Assembly: GCA_951406725.2 (NCBI GenBank)
Contig: OX597822.1
Coordinates: 22,506,001 to 22,570,000, forward strand
DNA from: Octopus vulgaris
Taxonomy: Eukaryota
DNA: 64,000 bases
Reading direction: 5' to 3'
A program made the position numbers and the translations under genes. The notes beneath the pieces are model-generated. The model did not search any database and was not told the origin of the DNA. It worked only from the letters and a program-made list of their open reading frames with translations. Positions 23,201 through 37,260 of the stretch are shown here, piece by piece. Every line of letters starts with the position of its first letter. Positions within the stretch are counted from its first letter, which is position 1.

Positions 23201-25408
23201 GGAAAATGGATGGACGGATGGATGATAAATAATAGAATTTCCTTCAATAATATTTCTATGGATGTGACTGTTACTAAATTGTGTGAAATAATGCAAGGTG
23301 ATATAAAGTCTTAATCCCAAATCAGAAAGTGGAACACCTAGCCAAAACTTAGAAGATATTCAAAGTTATTACCATCGTCATTTAATGTCTGTTTTCCATG
23401 CTGGTTCAGCCTGCTTTGACATGGTTTCTACATCTGGATGCCCTTTCTAATGCCAATCACTCTACAGAGTGTATTGGGTGCTTTTTACGTGGCACCAGCA
23501 GTAGTGAGGTCACCAAGTAACTTGTAACACAAGACCCCTCAAATGAATGGGGGAGTAATATTGAAGAACAGAAAAGGGTGGCTTCCTCAGGTGGATTGAG
23601 AGAGAAGCAAGAGAGAAGATGGTGAAGGTGTGAGGTGATGGGAGTGTACATTCAAGTTAAAGAAATAATATAATGTTAAGTTTTATTCCTCACAAGAAAA
23701 TTCTTAATACATCTAAATATTGCACATCCAAATAAATCACAATCAAGAGAATGAGCTTTAGTAGGGTCAATATTGTGTCAAGGGACCAGCTGAAGAGCCA
23801 ATGGTACAATCACTTTAGTGGCCAACACCTTGTCAAACCCATGGACACACAGTTTGAACTCAATGACCTTAACTCAGCATTGGTTAGTCCCAAGTCAGCA
23901 ATGATCAAACAGATCAATGAGTAAAAGCCTTCCACTCATGACTCACCCTTCTCAATTCCCCAGAGTATATCAAGGACAATATAATTCAATGGATCCTTCC
24001 ATATTTTTTCTTTTTATAGTTTGATTAGAGAGAAATTTGACAACTATTTCTAGCAAAGCAAGCAATTCAACAGAAGTTCTCTTACTGGCTTACTTTCACA
24101 ATTATATGCAACTACAGAGAATTAATCTATAACAGACTTGCATGCAAACAACTTGCATCAGAATGGTCCATGGGGAACATATTTAAATTTCAATGGCTCA
24201 ATCATCTTAATTGTAATAAAGGTGCCACAGGGAGTCACAGCTTATTTCCACACAGTATAAACTCAATATAATTGCAATGCACAGAGCTAAAATTCTCTCT
24301 GTACCAACCTGGACAACTATCAAGCTAAACAAACCAACAAAGTACCTCAATGGGACCACTCAGCCTGCTAAAAAGAACTGCCAAGCACATTGTTTAAATT
24401 AAGAAGTGATACTGAGGTTGTTCTAAACATCCTTAAAACAGACTGGATGTTCATTGATGGAATGCCTTTGATCAGAGATTCTCTGGATCACAGTAGCCCT
24501 AGGGTTAAACAGCGACTATCCAGTAAAAGTGAGCTAATGAAAGAACCTCTACATGGCTGCTTGACAGGCTAAACATAGCAACTAAGTTTCCCTCAAATCA
24601 CCACAATGTATTGTATAAAAAGTCACATTGGCTATTGTGGTCATAATTTCTCAACAAACATGTAAGAGATAGGATGGCCACAAATGGAGTGTCTAACTAT
24701 AGACCTGTGTGATTGCAGCTAACTTGAGCTTAAGCTTAAAGAACAACAACAACACCCTTCATCAAGAGAAAAGACTGGATTAAACACATTAAAAGCCAGG
24801 ATAAATTGCTAGAAATAACAACATCTGCTAACTTACAGAGAATAAAAAGAAAGATGAATAAAAAGTAACAAATTGTTCCAGAATTTTTGAGGAACACAGA
24901 AAGTAAAAGAATTTTGTTACAATTTCCAAGCAAGTAGTGGCAATATGAAATAATATATTTACAGCTTTCAGCTGGTATAAATATATTATTTACTACATTC
25001 AAATTCCCGGACATCTCAATATAGATATAAATTCTGCCATCTCAAAATATAGTAATTCATATTTATAAGAGATTACCTCCTTCAGTGTTGTAGTAGTTTT
25101 TCACTTTTGTAGTAAAACAACAATAACGTGTTCATATTCATGAAAGAGAGAAAAACAAATTTGAAGAGAAAATCAGTTTAGAAATGTATTGAAATACATA
25201 GGAAGAGAAAATAAAAAAGAAAGAGGAAGGGAAATTTCTAAACGGTTTTGTACATATGCAGAAGCAGAATAAAGTTTGTTGGTTGGAAAACAAAATATTA
25301 GATTTATGGATAAAATATGGAATACAATGTATTTTGTAGTCAATAACTCGTCCAAATTGATCTGTATAAAGAAATTTCCTGAAGAGTTGAAGAAAGTGTC
25401 TTTAGTTT

Positions 25409-25446
<38 letters not shown>

Positions 25447-25447
<1 letters not shown>

Positions 25448-25700
25448 CATCATCCTCATCATCATCATCGTTTAACGTCCGTTCTCCATGCTAGCATGGG
25501 TTGGACGGTTCGACCAGGATCTGGGAAGCCAGAAGGCTGCACCAGGCTCCAGTCTGATCTGGCAGTGTTTCTACAACTGGATGCCCTTCCTAATGCCAAC
25601 CACTCCATGAGTGTAGTGGGTACTTTTTATGTGCCACCAGCACAGGTGCCAGGTGAGGCTGGCAATGGCCATGATAGGATTGGTGCTTTTTACACATGGA
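25447..25700 (-). mobile_element. RTE-like 3' tail repeat (also ~37520-37716, 38085-38560, 40150-40305, 41860-42220, 46265-46438, 50940-51300)
   Basis: (CAT)n-CGTTTAACGTCCG...CCATGCTAGCATGGGTTGGACG...CTGGATGCCCTTCCTAA, shared with the tail of 10620-11925. Confidence 0.85.
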
Positions 25701-26429
25701 AGCCAGTCAAAACACATATACACATAATGTCATTATACATATATACATAAATAAATATATGCATGCATGCATACATCCATGTATGTATGTATGTATGCAT
25801 GTATGTAGGTATGTATGTATGTGTGTTTGTATGTATGTATGTATGTATGTATGTATGTATGTATGTATGTATGTATGTATGTATGTATGTATGTGAGATA
25901 GCAGAATTGCTGCAAATGCAATTAAGGATGCATTAGGGAGATAAAGGTTAGGGAAAAGAGCTGGTTCTTCAGGAATAATTGCAATGATGATTAAGATATC
26001 TAGCAAAGTAAGGTACCGGCGAGTCATTCACATATTCAGTAACACCTAATGGCTTGCTGAGAGGTATCAATGGTCAACTGTTACAAGGACAAAGGATATG
26101 CTCAACATAGAAAGGTACTTTCAGAGATTTTAGTTTGGTGAAAGTTACAGAAAGAGTTAGGGCATAATTGATTACCAGAGAAGTACTATAAATAGCATCT
26201 TCCCAGTAAGGAAAATATTAGGGAGGATCTTTGATGGTGGGTTACTAAGGAAACTAGATGTAAATGAATGACTTATGAAATAACAGCAAGCCATATACAA
26301 ATTTGCAGTCAGCAATGTATGAGTCTACCTTCAATTTATCAAAAAATTAAGCAAACAGGTAAGAATCCATCAAGGCTCTCTTCTCAGCTCCTACTTGTTT
26401 ATTACTATCAGAAGGATTCCAGATTTGCT

Positions 26430-27420
26430 GTTCATGGGAACCTGTTATATGCTAACTTAGTTTCTATAGAGAAATCTGTCAAAAATTTAAATAAACAAAG
26501 ATTTCTGACCAGGAAGCAAAACTAAAATCCAGAGACATCAATGCAAATTTAACCAAGATTAAAGTTTTAGTAAATAGGAAAGAAGATACTTCAAACATCA
26601 AGGATATTCAGAAAGAGAATAAATAGAAATTCCATACAATACTCTGGTTAAATTATGGATATAAAAGTGGTGCAGTGAAATCACAGACAAGTTAAAAGAG
26701 AGGACAGATTTCATATGTGGCTGATGTACAGGTGTGGTTAGTAGCAAGAACAGATGTGCAATAAATTCTTTTAAATACTCTGATTACTCACTAGAAGTAA
26801 TTGATAATATTAGAGGTAAGAGGATCAGAAGCTTAGTAACCGGAGTAAGATTGATTTGGAGAAAGCTTAGGGAGCTATTTTCTCTGCCAGAAATAAAGAG
26901 TTTCTGACTCAGAGTGAAGGGCACATTGTACAATGTTTGCATGTGATGTACAATGGCGTAGAAGTGGCTGTGTGGTAAGTAGTTTGCTTACGAACCACAT
27001 GGTTCCAGGTTAAGTCCCACTGCATGGCACCTTGGGCAAGTGTCTTCTACTATAGCCTCGGGCCAACCAAAACCTTGTGAGTGGATTTGGTAGATGGAAA
27101 CTGAAAAAAGCCCATTGTAAATATTTATATATATATGTATGCGTGTATGTATATGTTTGTGTGTCTGTGTTTGTCCCCCCCCCCCCCAACATCACTTGAC
27201 AACCGATGCTGGTGTGTTTATGTCCCTGTAACTTACCGGTTTGGCAAAAGAACCGATAGAACTAGGCTTACAAAGAATAAGTCGACTAAAGGCGGTGTTC
27301 TAGCATGGCCACAGTCAAATGACTGAAACAAGTAAAAGAATGCTCCATGATAGAAAAATGCAGGCCTTCAATACAGAGGAATTGTGAAGACTAGAAAGAA
27401 AGAATGTGAGCAACCAAATG
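26430..27420 (+). mobile_element. Highly degenerate RTE-like ORF remnant interrupted by a SINE
   Basis: NLTKIKVLV, NRNSIQ, WRKLRELF and LRVKGTLYNVC pieces are collinear with 11130-11830. Confidence 0.6.
26955..27340 (+). mobile_element. tRNA-derived SINE family A (also 28313-28760, 34819-35428, 51908-52325 on +; 36187-36594, 40571-40974 on -)
   Basis: Head GTGGCTGTGTGGTAAG...GGTT(C)AGTCCC, core CACCTTGGGCAAGTGTCTTCT...GGAAACTGAAAGAAGCC, internal TA/TG tract, GTAAAAGA tail. Confidence 0.9.
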
Positions 27421-30301
27421 TTTCAGGTTGATCCTGTACTAAGAATACTTCTGAGATTCCATATGATTAACTAAATATTTCCAAGTGACTCATACTGATA
27501 TTATAATATTATAATGGATTTTGCTTCTATCAATGTCTAAGTGTTTAATGTTGATCCAATATGTGAACTACTTCTAAGATTTAATACACTTTAAATTAAA
27601 TAAATTACTGTAAATTGAATGGAGGCTTAACTCATTTTCATCAAATGCTAATTAATAGGTTTGTCATACTATATCTCAATTTGTATTCATTAAACTCATC
27701 ATACTATAAGTGAGCTTAATCATTGTTTTTCTCGTAAACAAGATTAGTTGGTCAAATCTGTTTACTGCTGCTGATACTACTACTACTACTACTATGGACA
27801 TTCTGATATTAATGCTAACAAATCCTTTTAAATCAAATTGGAATTTTTACACAGGTAACAAACAGCTAATGTACACCTTCAATAACTTTATGTTGTTAAT
27901 AAAACTATAATACTAATATGTTTACATTCACAGTGTTATTAAATTGGTACTTTATCAAATAAATAAGCTTTAAGTAATGCATGATCTGATATGTTCAATG
28001 CTTCAGCAAAAAGAAAATAAATTACATTATATTAGGATTGTTTATCAAGAGAGAAGATTTATTTTTTCAGCTCTTATTCTTCTAAAGTGACAAGCTGGCA
28101 GAATCGTTTGAGTCTCAGAAAAACAAAATGTGGAATTTGTTCCAGCTCTTTACAGTCACATTTCAAATCTCAAGGCCAACTTTTTGTCTCCCTAAGATCA
28201 TTTAAATAAGGTATCTGTTAAGTGCTGGGGTTGATGGTATCAACTGTTTCTGTCTTCTTAAAATCAGTTATTTTGGCTCAAATTCTACCCTAATTAGAAA
28301 CCATAATACTCTTGGCACAGGTGTGGTTGCATGGTAAGAAGTTTGCTTCTGATCCACTCAGTGCCAGGTTCAGTCTTACCATGTGGCACCTTGTGTCTTC
28401 TGCTTTAGCTCTGGGCCAACCAAAGCCTTGTGAGTAGATTTGGAACATGAAAACTGAAAGAATCCTGTCATGCATGCATGCATGCATGCATGCATGTATG
28501 TATGTATGTATGTATGTATGTATGTATGTATGTATGTATGTATGTATGTATGTATGTATGTATGTATGTATGTATGTATGTATGTATGTATGTATGTATG
28601 TATGTATGTTGGTTTGTTTACAATCCCCTAACTTAGCAGTTCAGTAAAAGAGGCCATCAGAATAATTACCAGGCTTAAAAAGAAATAAAGCAAGTACAGA
28701 GGTTGATTTTTTTCAACTAAACCCTTCAAGACAGTGCCAATGACTGAAACAAAAAAAAGACAGAATTAACAAAAAAGACAATGAATTAACATAATGTTCC
28801 AACATGGGAAATTCGTACCCACACATTGTCTACATGAACAACTTTTTTTGTTTCATTTACATTCAAGACATGACTTGGAGTTTAATCTCATCCAAAGATT
28901 TTTCATATTTCTTTATAGGTTCTAGTTTGGAGCAATAATCAATGTTTTTCTATCCATTTTTCTTTCATTCCTTGTATTTTAATATGTTATGTCTTCTTGC
29001 AGTAAATACATGGTTAACAAACAAAATGTATACTAGTGTGCCCAATATTGCTGCTTGGGCTTTAAGGTGGTCAGCTGGCAGAGTCATTAGCACACTGGGC
29101 AAAATGTTCAGTGACATTTTGTCTATCTTAAAATCTGCTGAGTTCAAATTCCACCAAGGCCAACTTTGCCTTTCATTTTTGGAGGGGTGGGGGGTCAGAG
29201 AAATAAGTGCCAGTGAAGCACTGGGGTTTGATGGAATCAACTCACCCACTCCATCAAAATTGCTGGCTTTGTGTCAAAGTTTGAAACCAATATTTCAGCT
29301 TGTACTGGAAAGGTTACAACTGCCATTTTTATATTAAAATCTGCATTTTCTTGCATACAAACAGAATTTTTCAGATTAAAAATTTACATCCAAAAAAGTA
29401 GATCAACTTATATACCAAGACAGCTTTGAAGGACTAAAAATTTCATGTGAAAGGCAACAGGATTTGGAAAGATAGTGACAATGTTTGAATGTTTACACTA
29501 TATACTACATTGAAATGTATGCAGAAAATATTCTGACGTTGGTTGCTTGAAGTTTGTTTCAGTAGTTAGCATGGGGAGGTTTGTAATTTTGGAGTTTTTG
29601 TAATAAATTTTAATTCGTGATGTAATGTATGGTGCATTGTTTTATAATTATTTTTTTTTCAATGATGTATCCAACCAGTATGACTAGAGTGCATGGTGTG
29701 TGTTGCAAAGAGATGTGAATCAAATATGATGGACTTATCTGAAGAACCATAAAAGTGGCCCAAAGAACAGCTGAAGAGAATTAATATCAAACTTTCAAAA
29801 GTAGAAGGCATAGTTACCAACCATTCGTTATGATGTTCTCACTGTGGTTGTGAGAGGACTGAGGATACGAAGAACTGTACTCACTAAAATTGAGAGAGTT
29901 GACATAAAAGAGATGTACATAGATTTATTCCTTACCACTCCAAGAAAACATTCACATGTTCTCTCTCCAGCTGATGCTGTTCATCAATGATTGAAATGTT
30001 CTGTCAGAAAGGATCCACGATTGAAGATGTTCATCATCAAATTCTATGGGCAACTAAGAGCAACTATATGTGTGTGTGTGTGTACATGCACACAAACACA
30101 CACAGTTGTACAAATATACATTTACCATATATATAAGCATACAAATATACATGTATGTATGTATGTATATAAAATTTCCAGGATTCAAGAGAATCAAGTA
30201 CTGAAATAGTAAAGCACCAAAGTCAGCTCCGTGAGAGTTCTATCATGTGCAAATAGTATTTAAGGATAAATTACATACTTACTAAAGTAAACACGGATTT
30301 T

Positions 30302-30722
30302 GGTTCTTTTCGGTTTGAACGGCTGTTTTTAGCATAATTTCTAGGTAACTAAAAAATTTTAAACTTCGTATACTGGTAGAATGTGTTTATAAACATCTTT
30401 TTCTCTTGGATTTATTGAGAAAATTCTATAGTTTGTAAGATATTTGTTGTTTTTTTTTCAATTTCTGCAATTTCAACCAATCACTGACGTCCATTGAGGT
30501 AAAAAAACATTCTGTGCCGTATGAATATGTCCCTTGTTTAAGAAACAGATTGGGTTTATTTACATTTGTGAAGAAAAAAAGATACCCTTCCCCCACTAAC
30601 CCTAACTATCCCTAACCCTAAAACAGATTGAAATGCAATAGATCGATACTAGGGTCATAATTATGGGTGACAATTTCATATGACACCGCTAGAAAAGACT
30701 GCCGTTCAAACTGAAAAGATCC
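30302..30722. mobile_element. MITE with ~25-bp TIRs and 8-bp TSD (Merlin- or hAT-like)
   Basis: CGGATTTT|GGTTCTTTTCGGTTTGAACGGC...GCCGTTCAAACTGAAAAGATCC|CGGATTTT. Confidence 0.85.
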
Positions 30723-32454
30723 CGGATTTTTAATTCAGTTGTGCATACATTCACATATGGTCAACTGCATACACAATGAGTCATCAAGGTCACTCATAGA
30801 TACACTCACTGCACCTATTGCGTCACACTTAATAGACTTTAGATTCAAACAAATTGCAGGTTCTGAGTTAGGTGAAGGATAAACAGATATAGCAGATAGA
30901 TTGAGGTTCATAATAGTTGTTTCAGACATGCTTTTTATTGATGAACAGCAGTGTTACGTCATGCAAAAAAAAAAAAAATTTTCATCAGGTGAATAGAGGT
31001 AAGAATGAAACATTTTGAACATCTCAAGAACAAGTAGAGTGTGCCATTTCACTCTACTCACCCAAGTTGGTGCTGTTTGACTCTACTGACCAAAATTCTG
31101 ATCAAGAAGGACTTGTCTCTGCTCATAACTATATGGGCTCCTAAAACAAACAAAAGCATGGTACATGCTGCCAAATCATATTCAGTGATGGCTTGAAATA
31201 GCTGAATACTGGGTTTTGAATTCTCATGTGCCACTTATTTAAAAATATCATGAAACAATTCTCCAGTAAATATCTTATCTTATGGAGGACAGAATAGAAT
31301 TTGTTATTTTCTTTACGACAATATGTGCAGACGCCATTGCCAGTGAAACTTTTCAAATAAGTGCAGTAACTAATTCAAAAGAGACCGAAATTATCTTTAA
31401 TCATATACTTAAAAGATATGGTTAATTACGTATTACAAAGATATGGTTAATTGCATATTATAAAGATATGGTTGAAGATTTTGCTATGTATATCAATTTA
31501 CTATTACTAAAATAATGCCACAGAGTGAACTTTAAAATAGACATGAAAATTAATTTAGCAAAGTTGCTAACCCCATAAAAGTGGCAATTATACTATGCAG
31601 AGGTTAATATTTATATCGAAATATATCTAAATAACATCTTTCTAAATCATAGGAATGGTAGGAAGCTTTATATCTAAAGATCTTCTGAAATTGCAGAAGA
31701 TAGAGAAAGATGGAGAACAAATGAAGTAATAATGTGTCTTTCATTCTTCATTTCTTTCTATATTTCAGTTTTTACTAATTCCTTGATCTTTCTTTTAGTG
31801 GTTAATAAAATTTAATTCAATTTTAAAATTATTTTTCTTCTATCTTAATCTGTATTTTATACTTTTTGTTTCATTTTTTTTTTCCTTTTCAAAATAATTA
31901 TTCTTAACTATGCAGAAATTAAGAACATTGTTGTTTCCTTTGTCTAATTTCTTTGGGTTTTTACATATAAGCTTCTATACCTTACATCAATAGATAACTA
32001 GATAAATCCATCTCCTTAGAGGGAATTTGTGTCTACTAATTGCATGAACAATCTTTTCAACTAACAGTATTAAATATCTGATATTCTAAATTCCACTACA
32101 TTTGTGTTTAGTATGTAGAGCAATTCCTTGAGGTATTTTCCTATTGCCAGACTGTCAATATTCATAATCAGTGAACAAGTGCTGTCTCTTTATATGCATA
32201 TATTAATAAGTCTTTCTATAGGCACACATTCTGAAATTTGTTGGGAGTAAGCCAGTCAATTACGTAGACCCCAGAATGCAATCAGTACTTATTTTATCAA
32301 TTCCGCAAGTATGAAAAGCAAAGTCAACCTCAGCAGAATTTGAACACAGAATATAAAAAGCGCCCCAAAAAAAATGCTGTTAAGCATTTTGTCTTGCATT
32401 GTAATGATTCTGCTTACCCACCAGCTTCATACACACACACACACACACATGTTA

Positions 32455-32980
32455 ATACGGAAAAATGAGAACGAGTGTTCAACACTGCATTTGTAGATAA
32501 ATATTCTTTACTTGGAGGTTAACAAAGTTACCAATTTGCTTCATGTATAGAGAAATCTCTCAGCAATTATCAAGCCTCCCACATAGGAATGTTGATGCTC
32601 AACTCCATCTTGAAAGAGAATACTTGATGCTACATGAGGATTTGTACAGGCCTTGGGAATGAATAAATAAATATACAGATCATAGGAGGTAATTTATAGT
32701 TTTTTCAGGGATGCAGCCCCTGCACTTGTTGCCCCATTACCTGTATTTGCTGGCCTTAGCTATAATGTTCCAGTAAATATGGGGGTTATTCTCTTCTCTC
32801 TAAGTGTCCATATCATATTGGATAAAGATATTGTATGCCTTTTGATTATATTTCTGAATGAAGCAAAATGCTTCATATATCTTTCTTTTAAGGTGTTTTC
32901 CATCAATCTAATGTAAGTTTTTGTTATTCCATTCAATCTGTAATGTTGGCCTTGCATGCTATTTCCTTTTCCAGGCACCT
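32455..32980 (-). pseudogene. Penelope-like element GIY-YIG endonuclease remnant
   Basis: TYIRLMENTLKERYMKHFASFRN..KRHTISLSNMIWTLREK and downstream KEYLSTNAVLNTRS, typical of the PLE endonuclease C-terminus. Confidence 0.75.
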
Positions 32981-34783
32981 ATTGCTCGAGGATTCTGTAA
33001 TTGTAGATCTCCAGACAAGGATCATTAACAACGATAGAAGAACTAGAAGTAATGCAAGCATTTTGTATTTATATACAGATAAAATGTCTGAATTTTCATA
33101 AAGAGATGAGATGGAATATTGCTTATCCTCTTAAACCTATGTATATATGTTTTGGCAGGTGCTATTTTGTTTGTCTCTACCTCTGAAAGAAGCAAAAGCA
33201 GGAGCCTTTAGTTTTGTGTTTATAGCTGTAAAAATAACGATGTTTAAGCCATTTAGTGAACCATGGTCTAAATGAAACCAACCCAACTAACATATACTCT
33301 GGTTCAACAGGGATTTTTTTTGTTGTTGCTTTTATTGTCTGTTACTAGAGGGTCAATTTTTGTCTCTGCTTAAGAAGAGAGTGATTACATTCATTTATAG
33401 TTGACCAAGATATAGACATCATGACAAGATAGTAGGTCATTTGCTCTAAACCAAAATTTTATTTTAATGCATTTTTTATAAGAAAACTTTGGGTCCACTC
33501 TGTGTGTGTGTGTGTGTGTGTATTTTGTTTGTTTGTAAATGTATAAGTTGTAATTAATGAAGTCAAATGAAATAGTGGCATTTGAAATAATTTAATATGT
33601 ATACTTCAGGTGTGCACAATATATAACAGGAAATGCATCCATTACAAAGACTTTCAGCACTAAAAACATTTTGAAATATAAGCCAGTCAATGAAAATAGT
33701 TGAATATATGAGGTCACAGTAGTAGAATTTGACTACCGAGAGAGAGAAGGATATATCACCTTAAGTTTTGCCATCCAAGTAGAATATGATTTGTTGAAGA
33801 GGTCTTTTAAGCCCAAAGCATGTCTTACTTTCAATGGTTACATCCATTGGTATTCATGCATTGTCTATTATTGTTTGATGCCCATTTTCCATGCTAGCAT
33901 AACTTACTGAAGCAATAGGCATCAATTCTGTTTGAGGCAGTATGTTTATGACCAGACGCTCTTCCTGTTGCCAACTCTTACCTGTTCTTCAATCAGGAAT
34001 TGTTTTTTTTTTTTCATTTCACAAGCTTTTCCAAATGCAGAATGACTGGTTGTAATATCACTATGATAGGTAGGAATGATATATATATATATATACACAT
34101 ACATTATATATGTGTGTGTGTACATGCATATATAAATAGTAACAAATGAAATATCTACATTTATGCACATTTGCACACACACAATATGTGTGTGTGTGTG
34201 TGTGTGTGTGTATTGCACACACACACAATATATGTATATGTGTGTGCGTATATTTTCCATTTTATGAGCTGCCAACATATTTTTCAACTATATTTTATAA
34301 ATAACTTTTCTTCATTATATTTAGTTCCCAAGTACATTTCAAGATTTTATTGTTTTTAATTTCTATAGTTCTGAGGTTGGCAATGGCAGTTTTGATTAAA
34401 TTTCTGTTTTATTTACTTAATTAAAAAAAATTTTATGCTTGGTGGTTTATTTATGTCATGAATTATGTTTGAGATTTGGTGCTTGTATATGTTTTGTAAC
34501 TAACTATAAGCAGGTATAGGAATAATGAACATATTGCACATATGTTTGGCCTCTATTAATTCTTGTCTATTAATTCCCAGGCAACATTATATTTTCATGT
34601 TGTTGATAACACCAAATTGAATGGATTACATAGGTATTGAAATCTCAATGATACCTGTTAGGCAGCTGATGAGGGGATTATATGCTTGTTATGCTTGTTT
34701 ATTTGTGTGTTGTTCAGCATGAATCTTATGTGACTTACTTTCTCATGGTTGTCCTTCATTAAGATTCTAGTCCTAGTAATATA

Positions 34784-34820
<37 letters not shown>

Positions 34821-35425
34821 GTGTGGGTATGTGGTAAGAAGCTTGCTTCCCAACCACATGTTTCAGGGTTCAGTTTCACTTTGTAATACCTTGGCTAAGT
34901 GTCTTCCACTATAGTACTGAGATGACCAAATCTTGTGAGTGGATGTGGTAGATGGAAACTAAAAGAAACCTGTCATATATATGTATATATATAAATAAAC
35001 CTGTCATATATATATATATATATATATGTATATATGTGTGTGTGCAGGTGCAATCCCAGGATTTTCTTCAAGGTAGGGCACTGGGTCAGAAAAGAATACA
35101 ATTCCAGGAGAAAACGGTGTAATAACATTATTTAGAACAGTACCCCTCAGGCCCTCTCCTTGTGTCTGCCCATGGTGTGTATGTGTGTATGTGCATGTGT
35201 TTGCACATGCATGCGTGTGTGTGTGTGTGTGTTTGTTCCCCCACCTCCTCACCACTTGACGACCTGTGCTGGTGTGTTTACATCCCCATAATTTAACAGT
35301 TCAGCAAAAGAGACCGATAGAGTAAGTAGTAAGCTTTAAAAGATAAGTACTGCAGTCAATACATTCCACATAAAATTCTTCAAGGCACTGCTCCAGTATG
35401 GCTTCAGTCTAATGACTGAAACAAG

Positions 35426-35490
<65 letters not shown>

Positions 35491-35491
35491 T

Positions 35492-35802
35492 ATCACCGTG
35501 ATCACCATGACCGACCAGGCTATCAGATGTTGCTACACATCGCTGGTCACAATGCGCTTTGCATTGTTTTAGCCTTCAAATGACGCCATCCCGCTGGCTA
35601 AGCAAGCAGGCCAACAGAAGAAAAAGTGAGAGAAAGTTGTGGTGAAAGAGTATAGCAGGGATCGCCACCACCCACTGCCGGAGCCTCATGGAGCTTTGGG
35701 TGTTTTCGCTCAATAAACACTCACAAAGCCTGGTCTGGGAATCGAAACCGCGATCCTCCGACCACGAGTCCGCTGCCCTAACCACAGGGCCATTGCGCCT
35801 CC
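35492..35802 (-). mobile_element. tRNA-derived SINE (family C) within (TA)n
   Basis: Minus-strand head GGAGGCGCAATGGCCCTGTGGTTAGGG...GGTTTCGATTCCC plus a ~230-bp body. Confidence 0.8.
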
Positions 35803-36143
35803 ATATATATATATATATATATATCCATTTTCTATACTGGCATGAGTTAGATGCTTCAACAGGAAGCAATGTGCCAGAGGACTGCACCAATTTCCAGTGT
35901 CTGCTTTATCATGGTCACTACAGCTGGATGCCTTTTCTAATGCCAATCACTTTACAGAGTGTACTGAGTTTATTTTTATTTTTTCATGGCATCAGTACCA
36001 GTGAGAGCAAAGACAAGTCCTTTCAAATGAGTGGGGATATAATAGTGAGAGAGGTGAAAATATGATAGGTAGGAATGATATATATATACACACATACATT
36101 ATATATGTGTGTGTGTATATGCATATATACATATGCACACACA

Positions 36144-36188
<45 letters not shown>

Positions 36189-36961
36189 TTTCACTTGTTT
36201 CAGTCATTTAACTGTGGCCATACTGGAGCACCACCTTTTTGTTGAGCAAATCGACCAGAGGACTTATTCTTTGTAAGCCTAGTACTTATTCTATTGGTGT
36301 CTTTTGCCAAAACGCTAACTTACAGGGACGTAAACACACCACCATCGGTTGTCAAGCGATGTTGGGGGGACAAACACAGACACACAAACATACACACACA
36401 CACACAAACATACACATACATATATATATATACGACGGGCTTCCTTCGGTTTCCATCTGCCAAATCCACTCACAAGGCTTTGGTCAGCCCAAGGCTATAG
36501 TACAAGACACTTGCCCAAGGTGCCATGCAGTGGGAATGAACCCAGAACCATGTGGTTCGTAAGCAAGCTACTTTCTATACAATCACTCCTGTGCCTAATG
36601 ATATTATTATTATTATTGTTATAATTCAGGTCACTGCTTGGAATCGAACTTGGAATCTTGGGGTTTGTAGCCTGCACTCTTAACTACTATGCCATATGCC
36701 TACGGGCATATGGCGTAGTGGTTAATATATATATAATGGTTAATATATATATAGTGGTTAATATATATATAATATAGTGGTTAATATATATGTAGTGGTG
36801 TGTGTATATATATATATATGTTATTCATATAGAAATACAATAAGAGGCTTCCAAATAGGAAAGCGTTGTGCTAGAAAGAGCAGTAGAAATCTCAGTTCCC
36901 AAAAGGAAAAGGATAAATTCTCGAAAGGAATGAAAATTAAAAACATTTACCATCTCAACTA

Positions 36962-37035
36962 TTTCCCAGACCATGGTCTCTAACTATTTTCAGCAAAAAA
37001 ATATTCACTGAAGGCCAGTTTTCATCAGTGGGATA
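36962..37035 (-). ncRNA. Type I hammerhead motif with a core mutation (GAAA to GAGA)
   Basis: tatccca-CTGATGA-stem II (aact..ttcagtgaa/tttgctgaa..agtt)-GAGAC-catg-GTC-tggga. Confidence 0.65.
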
Positions 37036-37186
37036 GCCTTTAGATTTCAAACATACAGACCGCCAGATCCACATGTAGAACTAACAGTTTGTATATCCTA
37101 ACTTTTCAAACCACTGCACAGATGCAGATTATACCCGTTAGTTCTACATGTGGATCTGGCAGTCTGTATGTTTGAAATCTAAAGGC

Positions 37187-37260
37187 TATCCCACTGATGA
37201 AAACTGGCCTTCAGTGAATATTTTTTTGATGGAAATAGTTAGAAACCATGGTCTGGGATA
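37187..37260 (+). ncRNA. Type I hammerhead ribozyme, intact core
   Basis: TATCCCA-CTGATGA-aaact...agtta-GAAAC-CATG-GTC-TGGGATA: 7-bp stem I, palindromic CATG loop III, predicted cleavage after C37253. Confidence 0.82.

Noticed and set aside
34640-34760. CTGATGA at 34666 as a hammerhead
   Set aside because: No downstream GAAA-stem III-UH, and the upstream GAAA arrangement gives no proper stem I; at best a decayed Penelope tail.
35730-35802. tRNA gene (also heads at 26955, 36630, 48293 and others)
   Set aside because: A/B boxes are present but there is no complete cloverleaf, and most are joined to SINE bodies.
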